A stretch of DNA of 63,853 nucleotides, the filler included, from Caldilineae bacterium (GTDB taxonomy: Bacteria > Chloroflexota > Anaerolineae > DTLA01), in the NCBI GenBank assembly GCA_037446815.1. It is 4 parts of 4 records of this genome, joined end to end, with 100 filler letters (N's around TTAATTAATTAA, not from the genome) between each part and the next. Parts side by side here need not be neighbours in the genome. Positions count along the whole stretch, not along the records: positions 1 to 18,702 come from JBBIHX010000048.1; positions 18,803 to 37,140 come from JBBIHX010000050.1; 2 more parts are not named here. The stretch is one strand, 5' to 3'. A program made the position numbers and the translations under genes. Position 1 is the first letter of the stretch, and each line of letters begins with the position of its first letter. A model generated the notes under the pieces. The model was not told the DNA's origin, searched no databases, and saw only the letters and a list, made by a program, of their open reading frames with translations. Shown here piece after piece: positions 18,511 through 29,824 of the stretch.

Positions 18511-18548
18511 GATGAACCTCCATTGCGTGTACTGCACAACTCCACAGA

Positions 18549-18576
18549 ATTATATCCTGATTGTAGGAAATGACAA
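18549..18576 (-). promoter_or_regulatory. Sigma70 promoter
   Basis: Minus strand TTGTCA-N16-TATAAT. Confidence 0.6.
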
Positions 18577-18650
18577 GTTGTGGGGCGAGGGCGTTTCGCC
18601 TCTGCACGAATCGGGGGAGAGCCTTCGCCGCGCCACTCCCCCCAGCAACC

Positions 18651-18702
18651 GTCATTCTGAGCGGCGGAGCCGCGAAGAATCTCGCCCCTCACCCCAGCCC
18701 TC
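18651..18702. repeat. REP-like family A half plus start of family D at contig end
   Basis: GTCATTCTGAGCGGCGGAGCCGCGAAGAATCTC followed by CCCTCACCCCAGCCCTC. Confidence 0.8.
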
Positions 18703-18802
18703 NNNNNNNNNNNNNNNNNNNNNNNNNNNNNNNNNNNNNNNNNNNNTTAATTAATTAANNNNNNNNNNNNNNNNNNNNNNNNNNNNNNNNNNNNNNNNNN
18801 NN
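18703..18802. other. Artificial contig linker
   Basis: N44-TTAATTAATTAA-N44, stops in all frames. Confidence 0.97.
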
Positions 18803-18897
18803 TCGTGCCCGTGGCGTTGGAAGTGGGGTCGCGGTTTGCGATCCGCGAAGGCGGGCGAACGGTCGGCGCAGGCGTCATCACCGAGATTCTGGAATAG
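18803..18897 (+). CDS. tuf: Elongation factor Tu, 3' fragment truncated by contig edge
   Basis: Translates [30 protein letters not shown]; directly upstream of rpsJ. Confidence 0.93.
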
Positions 18898-18964
18898 GCT
18901 GTTGGCAATCTGGGGTCGGGGACGGAGAGACCTCTGTCCCCGACCTTCGTGGGGAGTGGGATAC

Positions 18965-19273
18965 ATGGCGAAGCAAAGAATCCGAATTCGCGTCAAAGCG
19001 TATGACCATCGTGTCTTGGATCAGTCGGTTCGGCAGATTGTGGAAACCGCAGAGCGAACCGGGGCCATGGTTGTGGGGCCGGTGCCCCTGCCGACGAAGA
19101 TAGAGCGATTCGTCGTGCAGCGCAGCCCGTTTGTGGACAAGGACTCGCGGGAGCAGTTTGAGATCCGCACGCACAAGCGGCTGGTGGACGTGATAGACCC
19201 AGGCTCCAAGACGATTGATACGCTGATGCGTTTGAACCTGCCGGCCGGCGTGGACGTGGAGATCAAACTCTAG
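18965..19273 (+). CDS. rpsJ: 30S ribosomal protein S10
   Basis: [30 protein letters not shown]. Confidence 0.98.
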   Translation: MAKQRIRIRVKAYDHRVLDQSVRQIVETAERTGAMVVGPVPLPTKIERFVVQRSPFVDKDSREQFEIRTHKRLVDVIDPGSKTIDTLMRLNLPAGVDVEIKL

Positions 19274-19357
19274 GCCCGGCACAACCCTTTGCACACCACT
19301 GCCGAAAACAGGACTTATTGTCATTGTTCTTGAGGGCAGTTTCTGGTGAGGAGTGCG

Positions 19358-19987
19358 ATGAAAGGATTACTCGGACGAAAACTGGGAATGACTCGCATCT
19401 TTGACGAGTCGGGCAAGGTGATTCCCGTTACGGTCATAGAAGCGGGGCCCTGCTACGTTACGCAGAAGAAGACCGTGGAGAACGACGGTTACTCGGCCAT
19501 TCAGATTGGCTTTGAGGAGACCGAGCAGCGCAAACTGACGCGGCCCGAGTGGATGCGGCTGAAGAAGGTGAACCTGCCTCCGCTGCGGCATCTGCGCGAG
19601 TTGCGCATGTCGGACGTGAGCGGGTACGAGGTTGGGCAGAAACTGTTGGTGGATTTGTTCAAGCCCGGCGACACCGTGGACGTTACCGGCCTGTCCAAAG
19701 GGCGGGGCTTCGCCGGCGTGGTCAAGCGGCACGGGTTCGGCGGCGGGCCTGCGACCCATGGCCAGTCGGACCGCCATCGGGCTCCTGGGTCCATCGGCTC
19801 GGGCACGACGCCCGGGCGGGTGTACAAGGGGACGCGCATGGCCGGGCACATGGGCAATCACACCAGCACGGTGCAGAACCTTCAGGTGGTCATGGTGGAT
19901 CCGGAGCGCAACCTGCTGTTGGTGCGCGGGGCGGTTCCGGGGGCCAAGAACGGGCTGGTGCTGATCCGCGAGGCCGTGAAGCAATAG
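19358..19987 (+). CDS. rplC: 50S ribosomal protein L3
   Basis: [22 protein letters not shown]. Confidence 0.98.
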   Translation: MKGLLGRKLGMTRIFDESGKVIPVTVIEAGPCYVTQKKTVENDGYSAIQIGFEETEQRKLTRPEWMRLKKVNLPPLRHLRELRMSDVSGYEVGQKLLVDLFKPGDTVDVTGLSKGRGFAGVVKRHGFGGGPATHGQSDRHRAPGSIGSGTTPGRVYKGTRMAGHMGNHTSTVQNLQVVMVDPERNLLLVRGAVPGAKNGLVLIREAVKQ

Positions 19988-20052
19988 CAATCTGACCTCA
20001 GGCGGGGCGCAGGGAGTTGGGGCGCGTTCCGACTGACAAGGAGTGGATAGAC

Positions 20053-20673
20053 ATGTTGGTTCCGTTGCGAAATCTGGAAGGCGAAATCGTCGGCGAAGTG
20101 GAGTTGCGCGATGACATCTTTGCCGCGCCGATTCACGAGCCGGTTATGCACCAGGCGCTGCTGCGCCAACTGGCCAATGCCCGCCTGGGCACCCACGACA
20201 CGAAGACGCGGTCGGACGTGAGCGGCGGCGGGAAGAAGCCGTGGCGACAGAAGGGCACGGGCCGCGCGCGCCAGGGGAGCATCCGCGCCCCGCATTGGCG
20301 CAAGGGCGGCATCGTCTTCGGGCCGCACCCGCGCAGTTACGCGCAGGCGATGCCGCGCAAGATGCGCCGCCTGGCTCTGCGCAGCGCGCTGTCGGTCAAG
20401 GCGGCCGATGAGCAGATCATCGTGGTGCAGGACCTGGCGCTGGACGAGCCGAAGGCCAAGGCCATGCGGCAGGTGCTGGACAATCTGGCGGGCGGGGGCT
20501 CCACGCTGATCCTGCTGCCCGAGCGCAACGAGGTCGTAGAACTCTCGGCGCGCAACCTGCCGGATGTGAAGACGCTGCGCGCGCACTACCTAAACGTGCG
20601 CGATCTGCTGACGTATGACTACGTGGTCATGCCCGTCTCGGCCATTCAGGCGATTGAGTCATTCTTGGGCTAG
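20053..20673 (+). CDS. rplD: 50S ribosomal protein L4
   Basis: [15 protein letters not shown]. Confidence 0.98.
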   Translation: MLVPLRNLEGEIVGEVELRDDIFAAPIHEPVMHQALLRQLANARLGTHDTKTRSDVSGGGKKPWRQKGTGRARQGSIRAPHWRKGGIVFGPHPRSYAQAMPRKMRRLALRSALSVKAADEQIIVVQDLALDEPKAKAMRQVLDNLAGGGSTLILLPERNEVVELSARNLPDVKTLRAHYLNVRDLLTYDYVVMPVSAIQAIESFLG

Positions 20674-20691
20674 TGGAAGAGGTTGAGAGCC

Positions 20692-20979
20692 ATGAACATC
20701 TACGAAGTGCTGAGACGCCCGATCCGTACCGAGAAGTCGGATAACCTGCAAGAGATGTCCAAATATATGTTTGAGGTGGACCGTCGGGCGACCAAGATCA
20801 TGGTGAAGCAGGCGGTGGAGGCGGCGTTCAACGTGAGTGTGGTGGACGTGAACATCATCAACGTTCCGGCCAGGATGGGACGCTACGGCCGCCGGCAAGT
20901 CATCTCCAAGTCGGCCTGGAAGAAGGCGATTGTAACACTGGCCCCGGGCGACAAGATCACGTTCTTTGAGGGTGTGTAG
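20692..20979 (+). CDS. rplW: 50S ribosomal protein L23
   Basis: [15 protein letters not shown]. Confidence 0.97.
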   Translation: MNIYEVLRRPIRTEKSDNLQEMSKYMFEVDRRATKIMVKQAVEAAFNVSVVDVNIINVPARMGRYGRRQVISKSAWKKAIVTLAPGDKITFFEGV

Positions 20980-21022
20980 CGCGAACGGTTCGCCCAGAAT
21001 CATGAATCCGTGAGGGGTTTCC

Positions 21023-21856
21023 ATGGGGATTAAGATTTACAAGCCGACCTCGCCAGGGCGGCGGGGGATGTCAGTCTCAACATTTGAAGAGATCACGCGA
21101 GAAGAACCCGAGCGAAGCCTGTTGCGGCCGCTGAACAAGACGGCGGGCCGGAATGCCTACGGGCGCGTAACAGTGCGCCACAGGGGCGGCGGCCACAAGC
21201 GCCTGTACCGGGTCATTGACTTCCGCAGGGACAAGGACGGCGTGCCCGCGCGGGTGCAGTCCATAGAGTACGACCCGAACCGCTCCGCGCGCATCGCGTT
21301 GCTCCTGTACGCCGACGGCGAACGGCGCTACATCATCGCGCCCATCGGCCTGATGGTCGGCCAGACGGTCATGTCGGGGCCCGACGTGGAGATTCGCCCG
21401 GGCAACGCGCTGCCAATCGCGAACATCCCGCTGGGTACGCTGATTCACAACATTGAACTGTACCCCGGGCGCGGCGGGCAGTTGGTGCGTTCGGCGGGCG
21501 CGGCGGCGCAGTTGCTGGCGAAGGAAGGCGACTACGCGCAGATTCGCCTGCCTTCGGGCGAGATGCGCCTGGTGGCCCAGACCTGCAAGGCTACCGTTGG
21601 CCAGGTGGGGAACACGGACCATTCCAACATCAGCCTGGGCAAGGCGGGCCGCAAGCGCTGGCTGGGCCGCAAGCCGCATGTGCGCGGGTCTGCGATGACG
21701 CCGCGAGATCACCCGCACGGTGGTGGCGAAGGTCGCTCGCCGGTGGGTATGCCCGGGCCCAAGACGCCGTGGGGCAAGCCCACACTCGGATACAAGACGC
21801 GGCGCAACAAGCGAACGGACGCCATGATTATTCGCCGCCGACCTAAGAAGCGGTAG
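21023..21856 (+). CDS. rplB: 50S ribosomal protein L2
   Basis: [17 protein letters not shown]. Confidence 0.98.
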   Translation: MGIKIYKPTSPGRRGMSVSTFEEITREEPERSLLRPLNKTAGRNAYGRVTVRHRGGGHKRLYRVIDFRRDKDGVPARVQSIEYDPNRSARIALLLYADGERRYIIAPIGLMVGQTVMSGPDVEIRPGNALPIANIPLGTLIHNIELYPGRGGQLVRSAGAAAQLLAKEGDYAQIRLPSGEMRLVAQTCKATVGQVGNTDHSNISLGKAGRKRWLGRKPHVRGSAMTPRDHPHGGGEGRSPVGMPGPKTPWGKPTLGYKTRRNKRTDAMIIRRRPKKR

Positions 21857-21886
21857 TCGCAGTTAGGCATTTGCTGGAGGTGAACA

Positions 21887-22171
21887 GTGTCTAGGTCTTT
21901 GAAGAAAGGCCCTTACGTAGATCCGAAACTCCTCAGGCGCATTGAGGAGATGAACAAGAGCGGCGAGAAGAAGGTAATCAAGACCTGGTCGCGCGCATCC
22001 ACGATCTTCCCCCAGATGGTGGGGCATACGATCGCGGTGCACAACGGCCGCCGACATGTGCCCGTGTACATCACCGAGAACATGGTGGGGCACAAGTTGG
22101 GTGAATTTGCGCCCACGCGGCTGTTCCGGGGCCACTCGTACAAAGAGAAGAGCACGAAGGTCAAGGGCTAG
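21887..22171 (+). CDS. rpsS: 30S ribosomal protein S19
   Basis: [18 protein letters not shown]. Confidence 0.98.
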   Translation: MSRSLKKGPYVDPKLLRRIEEMNKSGEKKVIKTWSRASTIFPQMVGHTIAVHNGRRHVPVYITENMVGHKLGEFAPTRLFRGHSYKEKSTKVKG

Positions 22172-22231
22172 TAGCGTCGGATCTTTCTCCCGTGCGAAAG
22201 CCCGACAGACTGTAAGGCAGAGGTTGCGAGA

Positions 22232-22579
22232 ATGGACTTTGAAGTGAGGGCGGTACTGAAATACAGCGGAATATCACCACTGAAGGCGCGCCTGGTGGCC
22301 AATCAGGTCCGCGGTCTCGGTGCCGACGAGGCGCTAGCGCGGTTGCAGTTCATGCCGCAGGCCGCAGCGCGACCGGTGGCGAAGGTGATTCGTTCGGCCA
22401 TCGCCAACGCCGAGGAGAATATGGAATTGTCCCGCGAGGATCTGTACATTGCCAAGATCTTTGTGGACGAGGCACCGAGCCGACGTTGGCGCAGGTTCGG
22501 CGCGAGGGGGCGATTCAAGCCCATCATTCGGCGATCGTCGCACATCACGGTGGTGCTCAGCCCGCGGGAAGAGGCCTAG
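22232..22579 (+). CDS. rplV: 50S ribosomal protein L22
   Basis: SPLKARLV, SAIANAE, SHITVV. Confidence 0.97.
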   Translation: MDFEVRAVLKYSGISPLKARLVANQVRGLGADEALARLQFMPQAAARPVAKVIRSAIANAEENMELSREDLYIAKIFVDEAPSRRWRRFGARGRFKPIIRRSSHITVVLSPREEA

Positions 22580-22617
22580 GCGGGGCATTGCCCGAAACGT
22601 TTGGCAGGAGGTAGACT

Positions 22618-23286
22618 TTGGGGCGCAAGGTTCATCCGACAGTATATCGGCTAGGAATTAACAGAACGTGGGATGCGCGCTGGTACGCGGCGGGACCGCA
22701 GTATGCCGAGTTCCTGCGCGAGGACCTGAAGATTCGCAAGATCGTTCGGGACCGACTCCAGAAGGCTGGGCTTTCCAAGATAGAGATTGAGCGGTTCGCG
22801 AAGCAGATCATCGTAACGCTGCACACGGCCAAGCCGGGCATCGTCATCGGCCGCCGAGGAGCCAGCGTGAACGACTTGCGCAAAGAGTTGGAAGACATGA
22901 CGGGCAAGAAGGTGCGCATTGAGGTGAAGGAGATCAAGCGCCCTGAACTGGATGCGTACCTGGTTGCCGAAAGCATTGTGGAGCAATTGGAGCGCCGCAT
23001 TTCGCACAAGCGGGCCATGAAGCAGGCGATTTCGCGGTCCATGCGGGCCGGCGCCCAGGGCATCCGCATCATGTGCGGCGGGCGATTGTCCGGCTCGGAG
23101 ATGGCGCGGCGCGAATGGCAGCGCGAGGGGCGGGTTCCCCTCCAGACGCTGCGGGCCGACATTGACTACGCCCACGCCGAGGCGCTGACCACGTTCGGGC
23201 GCATCGGGGTGAAGGTTTGGATTTACAAGGGCGAAGTGGTGCCCGAAGCCGAAGAGGCCGCGGAAGAGGTCGCGGTAGTAGAATAG
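22618..23286 (+). CDS. rpsC: 30S ribosomal protein S3
   Basis: [26 protein letters not shown]. Confidence 0.98.
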   Translation: MGRKVHPTVYRLGINRTWDARWYAAGPQYAEFLREDLKIRKIVRDRLQKAGLSKIEIERFAKQIIVTLHTAKPGIVIGRRGASVNDLRKELEDMTGKKVRIEVKEIKRPELDAYLVAESIVEQLERRISHKRAMKQAISRSMRAGAQGIRIMCGGRLSGSEMARREWQREGRVPLQTLRADIDYAHAEALTTFGRIGVKVWIYKGEVVPEAEEAAEEVAVVE

Positions 23287-23348
23287 ACTTCAGCGCGCCC
23301 AATGGGTGGGATCGTGGCCGCCGGGCGCAGGTGTAGGAGTAGATCGTT

Positions 23349-23780
23349 ATGCTGATGCCAAAGCGAGTGAAATACAGGCGAGTACATCGGGGCAGGATGA
23401 AGGGGCAGGCCCAGCGCGGCGCCGAGGTGCATTTCGGCGAGTACGGGCTTCAGGCGCTGGAGCCGTGCTGGATGACCAGCCGCCAGTTGGAGGCCGCCCG
23501 CCGGGCCATCGTCCGCTACGTCAAGCGCGGCGGCAAGATTTGGATTCGCGTGTTCCCGGACAAGCCGGTGAGCAAGAAGCCCGCCGAGACCCGCATGGGT
23601 GGCGGCAAGGGCGCGCCGGATCACTGGGTGGCGGTGGTCAAGCCCGGCCGCGTGCTCTTTGAGATCGCGGGCGTCCGCGAGGAAGTGGCGCGCGAGGCGT
23701 TGCGCCTGGCCGCGCACAAATTGCCCATCAAGACCCAGTTCATCCGACGGATTGAGCAGGCCGGAGGCGAGGAAGCATGA
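23349..23780 (+). CDS. rplP: 50S ribosomal protein L16
   Basis: [17 protein letters not shown]. Confidence 0.98.
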   Translation: MLMPKRVKYRRVHRGRMKGQAQRGAEVHFGEYGLQALEPCWMTSRQLEAARRAIVRYVKRGGKIWIRVFPDKPVSKKPAETRMGGGKGAPDHWVAVVKPGRVLFEIAGVREEVAREALRLAAHKLPIKTQFIRRIEQAGGEEA

Positions 23781-23989
23781 AAGTCTCCCAGATTCGTAAC
23801 ATGACCGATGAAGAACTGAAACGCAAGATCGGCGAGGCGTACCAGGAGTTGCTGAACCTGCGGTTTCAGTTTGCGGCGGGGCAGTTGAAGAACACCAACC
23901 GCCTGAAGGAAGTCAAGAAGGATATTGCCAGGATGCGCACCGTTTGGCGGGAGCGCGAATTGCAGCGGTACGGGGAGGATGCATCATGA
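23777..23989 (+). CDS. rpmC: 50S ribosomal protein L29
   Basis: [17 protein letters not shown]; synteny. Confidence 0.96.
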   Translation: MKVSQIRNMTDEELKRKIGEAYQELLNLRFQFAAGQLKNTNRLKEVKKDIARMRTVWRERELQRYGEDAS

Positions 23990-24237
23990 GGGAGCGTCGC
24001 AAGCAGATGGTGGGCCGCGTAACCAGCAATAAGATGGACAAGACCGTGGTGGTGATGATTGAGCGCCTCAAGCGGCATCCCCTGTACGGCAAGACCATTC
24101 GGCAGCGCCGCCATTTCAAGGCGCACGACGCCGAGAATACGTGCCAGGTGGGCGACTTGGTTCGGATCGTGGAGTCCCGCCCGCTGAGCAAGGAGAAGCG
24201 CTGGGTCGTGGTGGAGATTCTGGAGCGGGCCCAGTAG
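23986..24237 (+). CDS. rpsQ: 30S ribosomal protein S17
   Basis: [22 protein letters not shown]. Confidence 0.97.
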   Translation: MRERRKQMVGRVTSNKMDKTVVVMIERLKRHPLYGKTIRQRRHFKAHDAENTCQVGDLVRIVESRPLSKEKRWVVVEILERAQ

Positions 24238-24311
24238 TCCATATGGGACGATGGTTGGCCGGACACGATGCGATGCCGGCGGCCTGGAAGTCGTAATCGG
24301 GAGTTGAAGAA

Positions 24312-24680
24312 ATGATCCAGGTTCAAACAAGACTGAAGGTGGCAGACAACACGGGCGCACGAGAGATCATGTGCATCCACGTCGTCGGCGGGTCGGGGCG
24401 GCGCTATGCCGAGGTAGGCGACATCATCATCGCGTCGGTGAAGCAGGCGACGCCGACCGGCTCGTACAAGAAGGGCGACGTGGTGCGCGCGGTCGTGGTG
24501 CGGACGGCGAAGGAGTATGCTCGCCCGGATGGCTCCTATATTCGGTTTGACGAGAACGCTGCAGTCATTGTGGATGATAGCAAGAACCCGAAGGGCACGC
24601 GCATCTTCGGCCCCGTGGCGCGCGAACTGCGCGAGAAGGGCTTCATGAAGATCGTGTCGCTGGCGCCGGAAGTGGTGTAG
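24312..24680 (+). CDS. rplN: 50S ribosomal protein L14
   Basis: [15 protein letters not shown]. Confidence 0.98.
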   Translation: MIQVQTRLKVADNTGAREIMCIHVVGGSGRRYAEVGDIIIASVKQATPTGSYKKGDVVRAVVVRTAKEYARPDGSYIRFDENAAVIVDDSKNPKGTRIFGPVARELREKGFMKIVSLAPEVV

Positions 24681-24689
24681 GGGGCGTTC

Positions 24690-25010
24690 ATGAACAAGAT
24701 GAAGATCAAGAAGGGCGATACCGTTGTAGTGCTCAGCGGCGATGACAAGGGCGCAAAGGGCGAGGTCAAGTTGACCATGCCGAAGCGCCAGATGGTGATC
24801 GTCGCGGGCGTCAACATGATCAAGAAGCATCAGAAGCCGACGGGCTCTACCCGCACGCAGGTGGGCATCATAGAGCGCGAAGCGCCTATCCACGTCTCCA
24901 ACGTGGCGCTCTACTGCAACCACTGCCAGCGGGGCGTCCGCGTGGGCTATCAGATTGCCGCCGATGGTACCAAAGTGCGGGTCTGCCGCCGCTGCGGCGA
25001 GACGCTGTAG
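24690..25010 (+). CDS. rplX: 50S ribosomal protein L24 (with two CxxC pairs)
   Basis: KOW IKKGDTV..G.DKG, EAPIHVSNV. Confidence 0.97.
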   Translation: MNKMKIKKGDTVVVLSGDDKGAKGEVKLTMPKRQMVIVAGVNMIKKHQKPTGSTRTQVGIIEREAPIHVSNVALYCNHCQRGVRVGYQIAADGTKVRVCRRCGETL

Positions 25011-25038
25011 TCGGCCTGGTGCGTGAGGAGTTTTGAGT

Positions 25039-25584
25039 ATGCCACGGTTGAAGGATAAGTACCTACAGGAAGTCCTGCCTGCGATGCAGCAGGAGTTTGG
25101 GTACCAGAACGTGATGGAGGTACCCCGAATCGTCAAGGTGGTGGTCAATGTGGGCCTGGGCGAGGCGCTGCAGAACGCCAAGGCCCTGGACGCCGCGTCC
25201 AATGACATCATGCTCATCACGGGGCAGAAGCCCATCGTGCGCAAGGCGCGGAAGTCCATCGCCACGTTCAAACTGCGCGAGGGGAACCCCATCGGCGTGA
25301 AGGTTACGCTGCGCGGCAATCGTATGTACGATTTTCTGGACAGGCTGATGAGCGTGGCGCTGCCGCGGGTGCGCGACTTCCGCGGCGTGTCGCCGGACGC
25401 CTTTGACGGGCGCGGCAACTATACCCTCGGGCTGTCGGAGCAACTCATCTGGCCGGAGATCAACTACGACACGATTGATAAAGTCCGAGGGATGGAGATC
25501 ACCATCGTTACGACGGCGAAGACCGATGAGGAAGCACGCCGACTGCTCCAATTGCTCGGGATGCCTTTCCGCAAGCGGCAGTAA
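25039..25584 (+). CDS. rplE: 50S ribosomal protein L5
   Basis: [15 protein letters not shown]. Confidence 0.98.
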   Translation: MPRLKDKYLQEVLPAMQQEFGYQNVMEVPRIVKVVVNVGLGEALQNAKALDAASNDIMLITGQKPIVRKARKSIATFKLREGNPIGVKVTLRGNRMYDFLDRLMSVALPRVRDFRGVSPDAFDGRGNYTLGLSEQLIWPEINYDTIDKVRGMEITIVTTAKTDEEARRLLQLLGMPFRKRQ

Positions 25585-25615
25585 CAGGGATTGATAAGCA
25601 GGAGGGAGTAAGACA

Positions 25616-25798
25616 GTGGCGAAGAAGAGCATGATTGCGCGGGAGAAGAAGCGGAAGTACGCGGTTCGGGTTCGCAACCGCTGCCACATCTGCGGGCGAC
25701 CCAGGGGCTACATGCGCCGCTTTGACCTGTGCCGGATTTGCTTCCGTGAACTGGCCGTGGAAGGCAAGATTCCCGGTATTGTGAAGTCCAGTTGGTGA
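25616..25798 (+). CDS. rpsN: 30S ribosomal protein S14, zinc-binding type Z
   Basis: 60 aa; RCHICGR...CRICFR. Confidence 0.97.
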   Translation: MAKKSMIAREKKRKYAVRVRNRCHICGRPRGYMRRFDLCRICFRELAVEGKIPGIVKSSW

Positions 25799-25818
25799 TT
25801 CAGACAGGAGTGCAGGGA

Positions 25819-26217
25819 ATGAGCGTAAACGACCCCATTGCCGACATGTTGACCCGTGTGCGGAATGCGATCATGGCGCATCACAAGACGGTGGCCATGC
25901 CGCATTCGCGGGTGAAGGCGGAAATCGCGAGGATTCTCAAGGAGGAAGGCTACATCAAGGATTTTGAGATCGTGAATCAGAAGCCTGCTCCTGTGCTGAG
26001 GATACATCTGAAATACACACAAGACAAACAGCCTGTGCTGACCGGCCTCAAGCGAGTCAGCGCGCCTGGGCGCAGGGTGTACACCGGCCGCGCCGACATC
26101 CCGTGGGTGTTGAGCGGCATGGGCATCGCGATCCTGTCCACGCCGAAGGGCATTATGACGGGGCAGAAGGCGCGGCGGCTCGGCGTGGGCGGCGAGATTC
26201 TGTGCTACGTGTGGTAG
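25819..26217 (+). CDS. rpsH: 30S ribosomal protein S8
   Basis: [22 protein letters not shown]. Confidence 0.98.
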   Translation: MSVNDPIADMLTRVRNAIMAHHKTVAMPHSRVKAEIARILKEEGYIKDFEIVNQKPAPVLRIHLKYTQDKQPVLTGLKRVSAPGRRVYTGRADIPWVLSGMGIAILSTPKGIMTGQKARRLGVGGEILCYVW

Positions 26218-26263
26218 GAATCGCGCCGCAGGGCGTGCAGGATGTTTGCAGGGAGGAATGGAA

Positions 26264-26803
26264 GTGTCGCGTATAGGACGGCAACCCGTGCCGATTCCAA
26301 AGGGTGTACAGGTAACGATAGAAGGGAATCGCCTGATCGCAAAGGGGCCCAAGGGCGAACTCGCCCGCGACTTGCCCGAGGCGATTCAGGTTCGGGTGGA
26401 GGGAGACCACGTTGTGGTTACCCGACCCAGCGATGATCGGATTCATCGGTCGCTGCACGGTCTGACTCGCGCGCTGGTGGCTAACATGATCACCGGCGTT
26501 CATGAAGGGTTCACCCGTCGCATGGAGATTGAAGGCGTCGGCTGGCGCGCAGAAGCGCAGGGCCAGAACCTCGTGCTGATGGTAGGGTACTCCCATCCGG
26601 TTGAGATTGTGCCGCCGCCGGGGATCACCTTCCAGGTGGACAAGGGCGGGCGCACCTTCTCCATCTTCGGCATTGACAAGGAACTGGTCGGGGAGATGGC
26701 CGCGCGGATTCGCCGCGTGCGACCGCCCGAGCCGTACAAGGGCAAGGGCATCCGCTACGAGGGCGAGAAGATCCGCCGCAAGGCCGGCAAGACCGGCAAG
26801 TAA
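26264..26803 (+). CDS. rplF: 50S ribosomal protein L6
   Basis: [18 protein letters not shown]. Confidence 0.98.
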   Translation: MSRIGRQPVPIPKGVQVTIEGNRLIAKGPKGELARDLPEAIQVRVEGDHVVVTRPSDDRIHRSLHGLTRALVANMITGVHEGFTRRMEIEGVGWRAEAQGQNLVLMVGYSHPVEIVPPPGITFQVDKGGRTFSIFGIDKELVGEMAARIRRVRPPEPYKGKGIRYEGEKIRRKAGKTGK

Positions 26804-26888
26804 TCGCCCACGGGCTGGTGGTGAACAAGAAAGTTCTCTCCCTCCTCGGTAAACAAACGGGGCAGGGTGGTCTAGGGAGGAATACAGG

Positions 26889-27257
26889 ATGAGCAAGGAA
26901 GTGGATACCGCAAAGGCTCGCGAGATTCGGCATCGTCGGGTTCGTGCCAGGGTGAAGGGGACGAGCGCTCGGCCGCGCCTGAACGTGTTCCGCAGCAATC
27001 AGCATATTTACGCGCAGATCATTGACGATACGATCGGGCACACGCTGGTGTCTGCTTCCACTATTGACGCCGAGATTCGCCCGAAGTTGGGAAGTCTGAG
27101 CAAGACGGAACAGGCGAAACTGGTGGGGCAGACACTTGCAAAGAGGGCGTTGGCCATCGGGGTTACGAAGGTAGTCTTTGATCGGGGCGGCTACCGGTAT
27201 CATGGCCGCGTGAAGTCGCTGGCAGACGGTTCGCGCGAAGGCGGGCTGGAGTTCTAA
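26889..27257 (+). CDS. rplR: 50S ribosomal protein L18
   Basis: [21 protein letters not shown]. Confidence 0.98.
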   Translation: MSKEVDTAKAREIRHRRVRARVKGTSARPRLNVFRSNQHIYAQIIDDTIGHTLVSASTIDAEIRPKLGSLSKTEQAKLVGQTLAKRALAIGVTKVVFDRGGYRYHGRVKSLADGSREGGLEF

Positions 27258-27287
27258 CCCTGCAACCGAGGGTTTTGAGGAGGATGC

Positions 27288-27818
27288 ATGTACGGCGAAG
27301 AGTACGAAGAGCAGGAACAACTTGAAGAGCGATTGGTGTCCATCGCCCGCGTGGCCAAGGTGGTCAAGGGCGGACGCCATTTCGGGTTCCGCGCCGTGGT
27401 TGTGGTTGGCGACCGTAACGGGAACGTAGGGATCGGCATCGGCAAGGCGCGGGAAGTGCCCGACGCTATCCGCAAAGGCTCGGAGCGAGCGCGGAAGAAC
27501 ATGAAGAAGATTCCCCTGGTCGGGACGACGATTCCGCACCCGGTCATCAGCAAGTTCGGCGCGGCGCAGGTGCTGCTGAAGCCCGCGTCTCCGGGCACCG
27601 GCGTGATCGCGGGCAGCGCGGTTCGCGCCGTGGTGGAAGCGGCCGGGATTCGCGACATCCTGACCAAGTCGCTGGGGAGTTCCAATCAGTTGAACGTCGT
27701 CCAGGCGACGATGAAGGGCCTGCTGCAACTCAAGGACGCGGCGGAAGAAGCCAATCGGCGAGGCAAGCAGGTTGTGGAAGTTACTCCATTCTGGAGGCGG
27801 AAACATGGTGCCTCGTAA
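27288..27818 (+). CDS. rpsE: 30S ribosomal protein S5
   Basis: [15 protein letters not shown]. Confidence 0.98.
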   Translation: MYGEEYEEQEQLEERLVSIARVAKVVKGGRHFGFRAVVVVGDRNGNVGIGIGKAREVPDAIRKGSERARKNMKKIPLVGTTIPHPVISKFGAAQVLLKPASPGTGVIAGSAVRAVVEAAGIRDILTKSLGSSNQLNVVQATMKGLLQLKDAAEEANRRGKQVVEVTPFWRRKHGAS

Positions 27819-28017
27819 GAAGAAAGAAACGACCCGCAAGTTGCGCATCACGCTGCGCAAGAGCGTGATCGGCTACTCGGAGCGCCAGAAGGCGACGGTG
27901 CGCGCCCTGGGGTTGCATCATCTGGGGCAGGTGGTGGAGAAGGAGGATTCGCCGACGCTGCGCGGGATGGTCGCCAAGGTGAGCCACCTGGTAGAGGTGC
28001 AGGAGGTTGAAGAGTAG
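27805..28017 (+). CDS. rpmD: 50S ribosomal protein L30
   Basis: [24 protein letters not shown]. Confidence 0.96.
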   Translation: MVPRKKKETTRKLRITLRKSVIGYSERQKATVRALGLHHLGQVVEKEDSPTLRGMVAKVSHLVEVQEVEE

Positions 28018-28019
28018 AG

Positions 28020-28466
28020 ATGAAGTTGCATGAATTGTGGCCCGCATGGGGCTCCAAGAAAGATAAGAGACGCGTGGGACGTGGCCACGGCTCGGGCCGA
28101 GGCAAGACCGCGGGGCGCGGCACCAAGGGCCAGAACGCGCGCACGGGCGGCCCGGTAGCGCCCTACTTTGAGGGCGGCCAACTGCCCATGGTGCGCCGCC
28201 TGCCATTCCGACGCGGCTTCACCAACATCTTCAAGGTGCAGTACGCGACGGTCAACGTGTACCGCCTGGCGGAGTTTGAGCCCAACACGGTCGTTACGCC
28301 CGAACTGCTGGCGGAAAACGGCATCATCCGCTCTGCAGACCTGCCGGTGAAGATCCTGGGGCACGGCGAGATTGACCGGCCGCTGACGGTGAAGGCCCAT
28401 CGGTTCACGGCCAGCGCCAAGGAGAAGATCGTGGCCGCGGGCGGTTCCGCCGAGGAAATCGCCTAA
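28020..28466 (+). CDS. rplO: 50S ribosomal protein L15
   Basis: [19 protein letters not shown]. Confidence 0.98.
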   Translation: MKLHELWPAWGSKKDKRRVGRGHGSGRGKTAGRGTKGQNARTGGPVAPYFEGGQLPMVRRLPFRRGFTNIFKVQYATVNVYRLAEFEPNTVVTPELLAENGIIRSADLPVKILGHGEIDRPLTVKAHRFTASAKEKIVAAGGSAEEIA

Positions 28467-28487
28467 CAGTCTGAAGGAGCGTGGATC

Positions 28488-29786
28488 ATGCTTGAGGCCC
28501 TGAGAAATGCCATCCGGTTACCGGACCTGCGACGGCGCATCATCTTCACGATCATCGTGTTGGTCGTGTATCGCGCCGCGTCGCAGATCGCGATCCCCGG
28601 CATTGACCACAACGTGCTGCGCGACTTGTTCGCCCGCAGCCAACTGCTGGGGTTGCTGGACTTGTTCTCGGGCGGCGCGATGTCCAACTTCTCCATCATG
28701 GCGATGGGCGTGTATCCGTACATTACATCGTCTATTATCATGACGCTGTTGCAGCCCATCATCCCGCCGTTGGAGAGGCTGGCCAAGGAGGGCGAGGCAG
28801 GGCGGCAGAAGATCAACATGTACACCTACATCGGCACCATCCCGCTGGCTCTGCTGCAGGGGTGGGCGCAGGCGACGCTGTTGCAGCGCGAAGGCGTGCT
28901 GTCGGGGTTCGGGTTCTCGGGCGCGTTTCTGCTCCCGACCATCGCGACGCTCATCGCGTTGACCGCGGGCACCATGCTGGCCGTGTGGCTTGGGCAGTTG
29001 ATTACCGAGCAGGGCATCGGAAACGGCATCTCCATCATCATCTTCGGCGGCATCGTGTCGCGGATTCCGCAGCGCGTGGGCGAGATGATCGCGCAGCAGA
29101 ACTACGGCGCGCTCATCGCGTTCATTATCATCACCGCCGTTACGGTCGGGGTGATCGTGGTGGTGCAGGAGGGCGTGCGGCGGATTCCGGTGCAGTACGG
29201 GCGGCGGGTGCTGGCGCAGCGGGGCAATCGCCTGCGGGTGGCCGGTGGCCAGAGCACGTATGTGCCGCTGCGGGTGAACTCGGCGGGCATGATTCCGCTC
29301 ATCTTCGCCCAGTCGCTGATGATCTTCCCGGGCACGGTGGCGAGTTACTTCGTGGGCTCGGCCAACACGACCATCTCTAACATCGCGACCGGCGTGCAGA
29401 ACTTCTTCTCGCCGCAGGGTAACTGGTATTGGATCTTCTACTTCATCTTGGTTGTAGGGTTCACGTACTTTTACACTGACGTGGTGTTCCGACAGCAGAA
29501 CTTGCCGGAGATGCTCCAGAAGAATCACGGGTTCATCCCGGGCATTCGCCCCGGGCGTCCCACCGCCGACTACTTGAACGGCGTGTTGGGCCGCATTACG
29601 CTAGTGGGCGCGCTGTTCCTGGCGGTGGTCGCCATCCTGCCGTGGCTGACCCGCGACCTGACGGAGACATCCACGATGCTCATCACGAGCGCGGGCTTGC
29701 TCATCGTAGTGGGCGTCGTGCTGGACACCATGAAGCAGTTGGAGGCGCAGTTGCTGATGCGCCACTATGAGGGCTTCATCAAGTAG
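28488..29786 (+). CDS. secY: Preprotein translocase subunit SecY
   Basis: GVYPYITSSII, GIGNGISIII, PGIRPG. Confidence 0.98.
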   Translation: MLEALRNAIRLPDLRRRIIFTIIVLVVYRAASQIAIPGIDHNVLRDLFARSQLLGLLDLFSGGAMSNFSIMAMGVYPYITSSIIMTLLQPIIPPLERLAKEGEAGRQKINMYTYIGTIPLALLQGWAQATLLQREGVLSGFGFSGAFLLPTIATLIALTAGTMLAVWLGQLITEQGIGNGISIIIFGGIVSRIPQRVGEMIAQQNYGALIAFIIITAVTVGVIVVVQEGVRRIPVQYGRRVLAQRGNRLRVAGGQSTYVPLRVNSAGMIPLIFAQSLMIFPGTVASYFVGSANTTISNIATGVQNFFSPQGNWYWIFYFILVVGFTYFYTDVVFRQQNLPEMLQKNHGFIPGIRPGRPTADYLNGVLGRITLVGALFLAVVAILPWLTRDLTETSTMLITSAGLLIVVGVVLDTMKQLEAQLLMRHYEGFIK

Positions 29787-29824
29787 GGCGTGGAGTTGCC
29801 GTCGGCGCAGGGAAGGCAGGGACA

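Noticed and set aside
18703..18802. TTAATTAATTAA inside N runs (also 37141-37240 and 55427-55526)
   Set aside because: Artificial all-frame stop linker; synteny across it is not evidence.
18803..18897. tuf as a pseudogene
   Set aside because: Truncation coincides with the contig edge.
26804..26888. Long rplF-rplR spacer (and rpsJ-rplC, rpsQ-rplN spacers) as regulatory RNA
   Set aside because: Only weak pairing is visible; cannot support without alignments.
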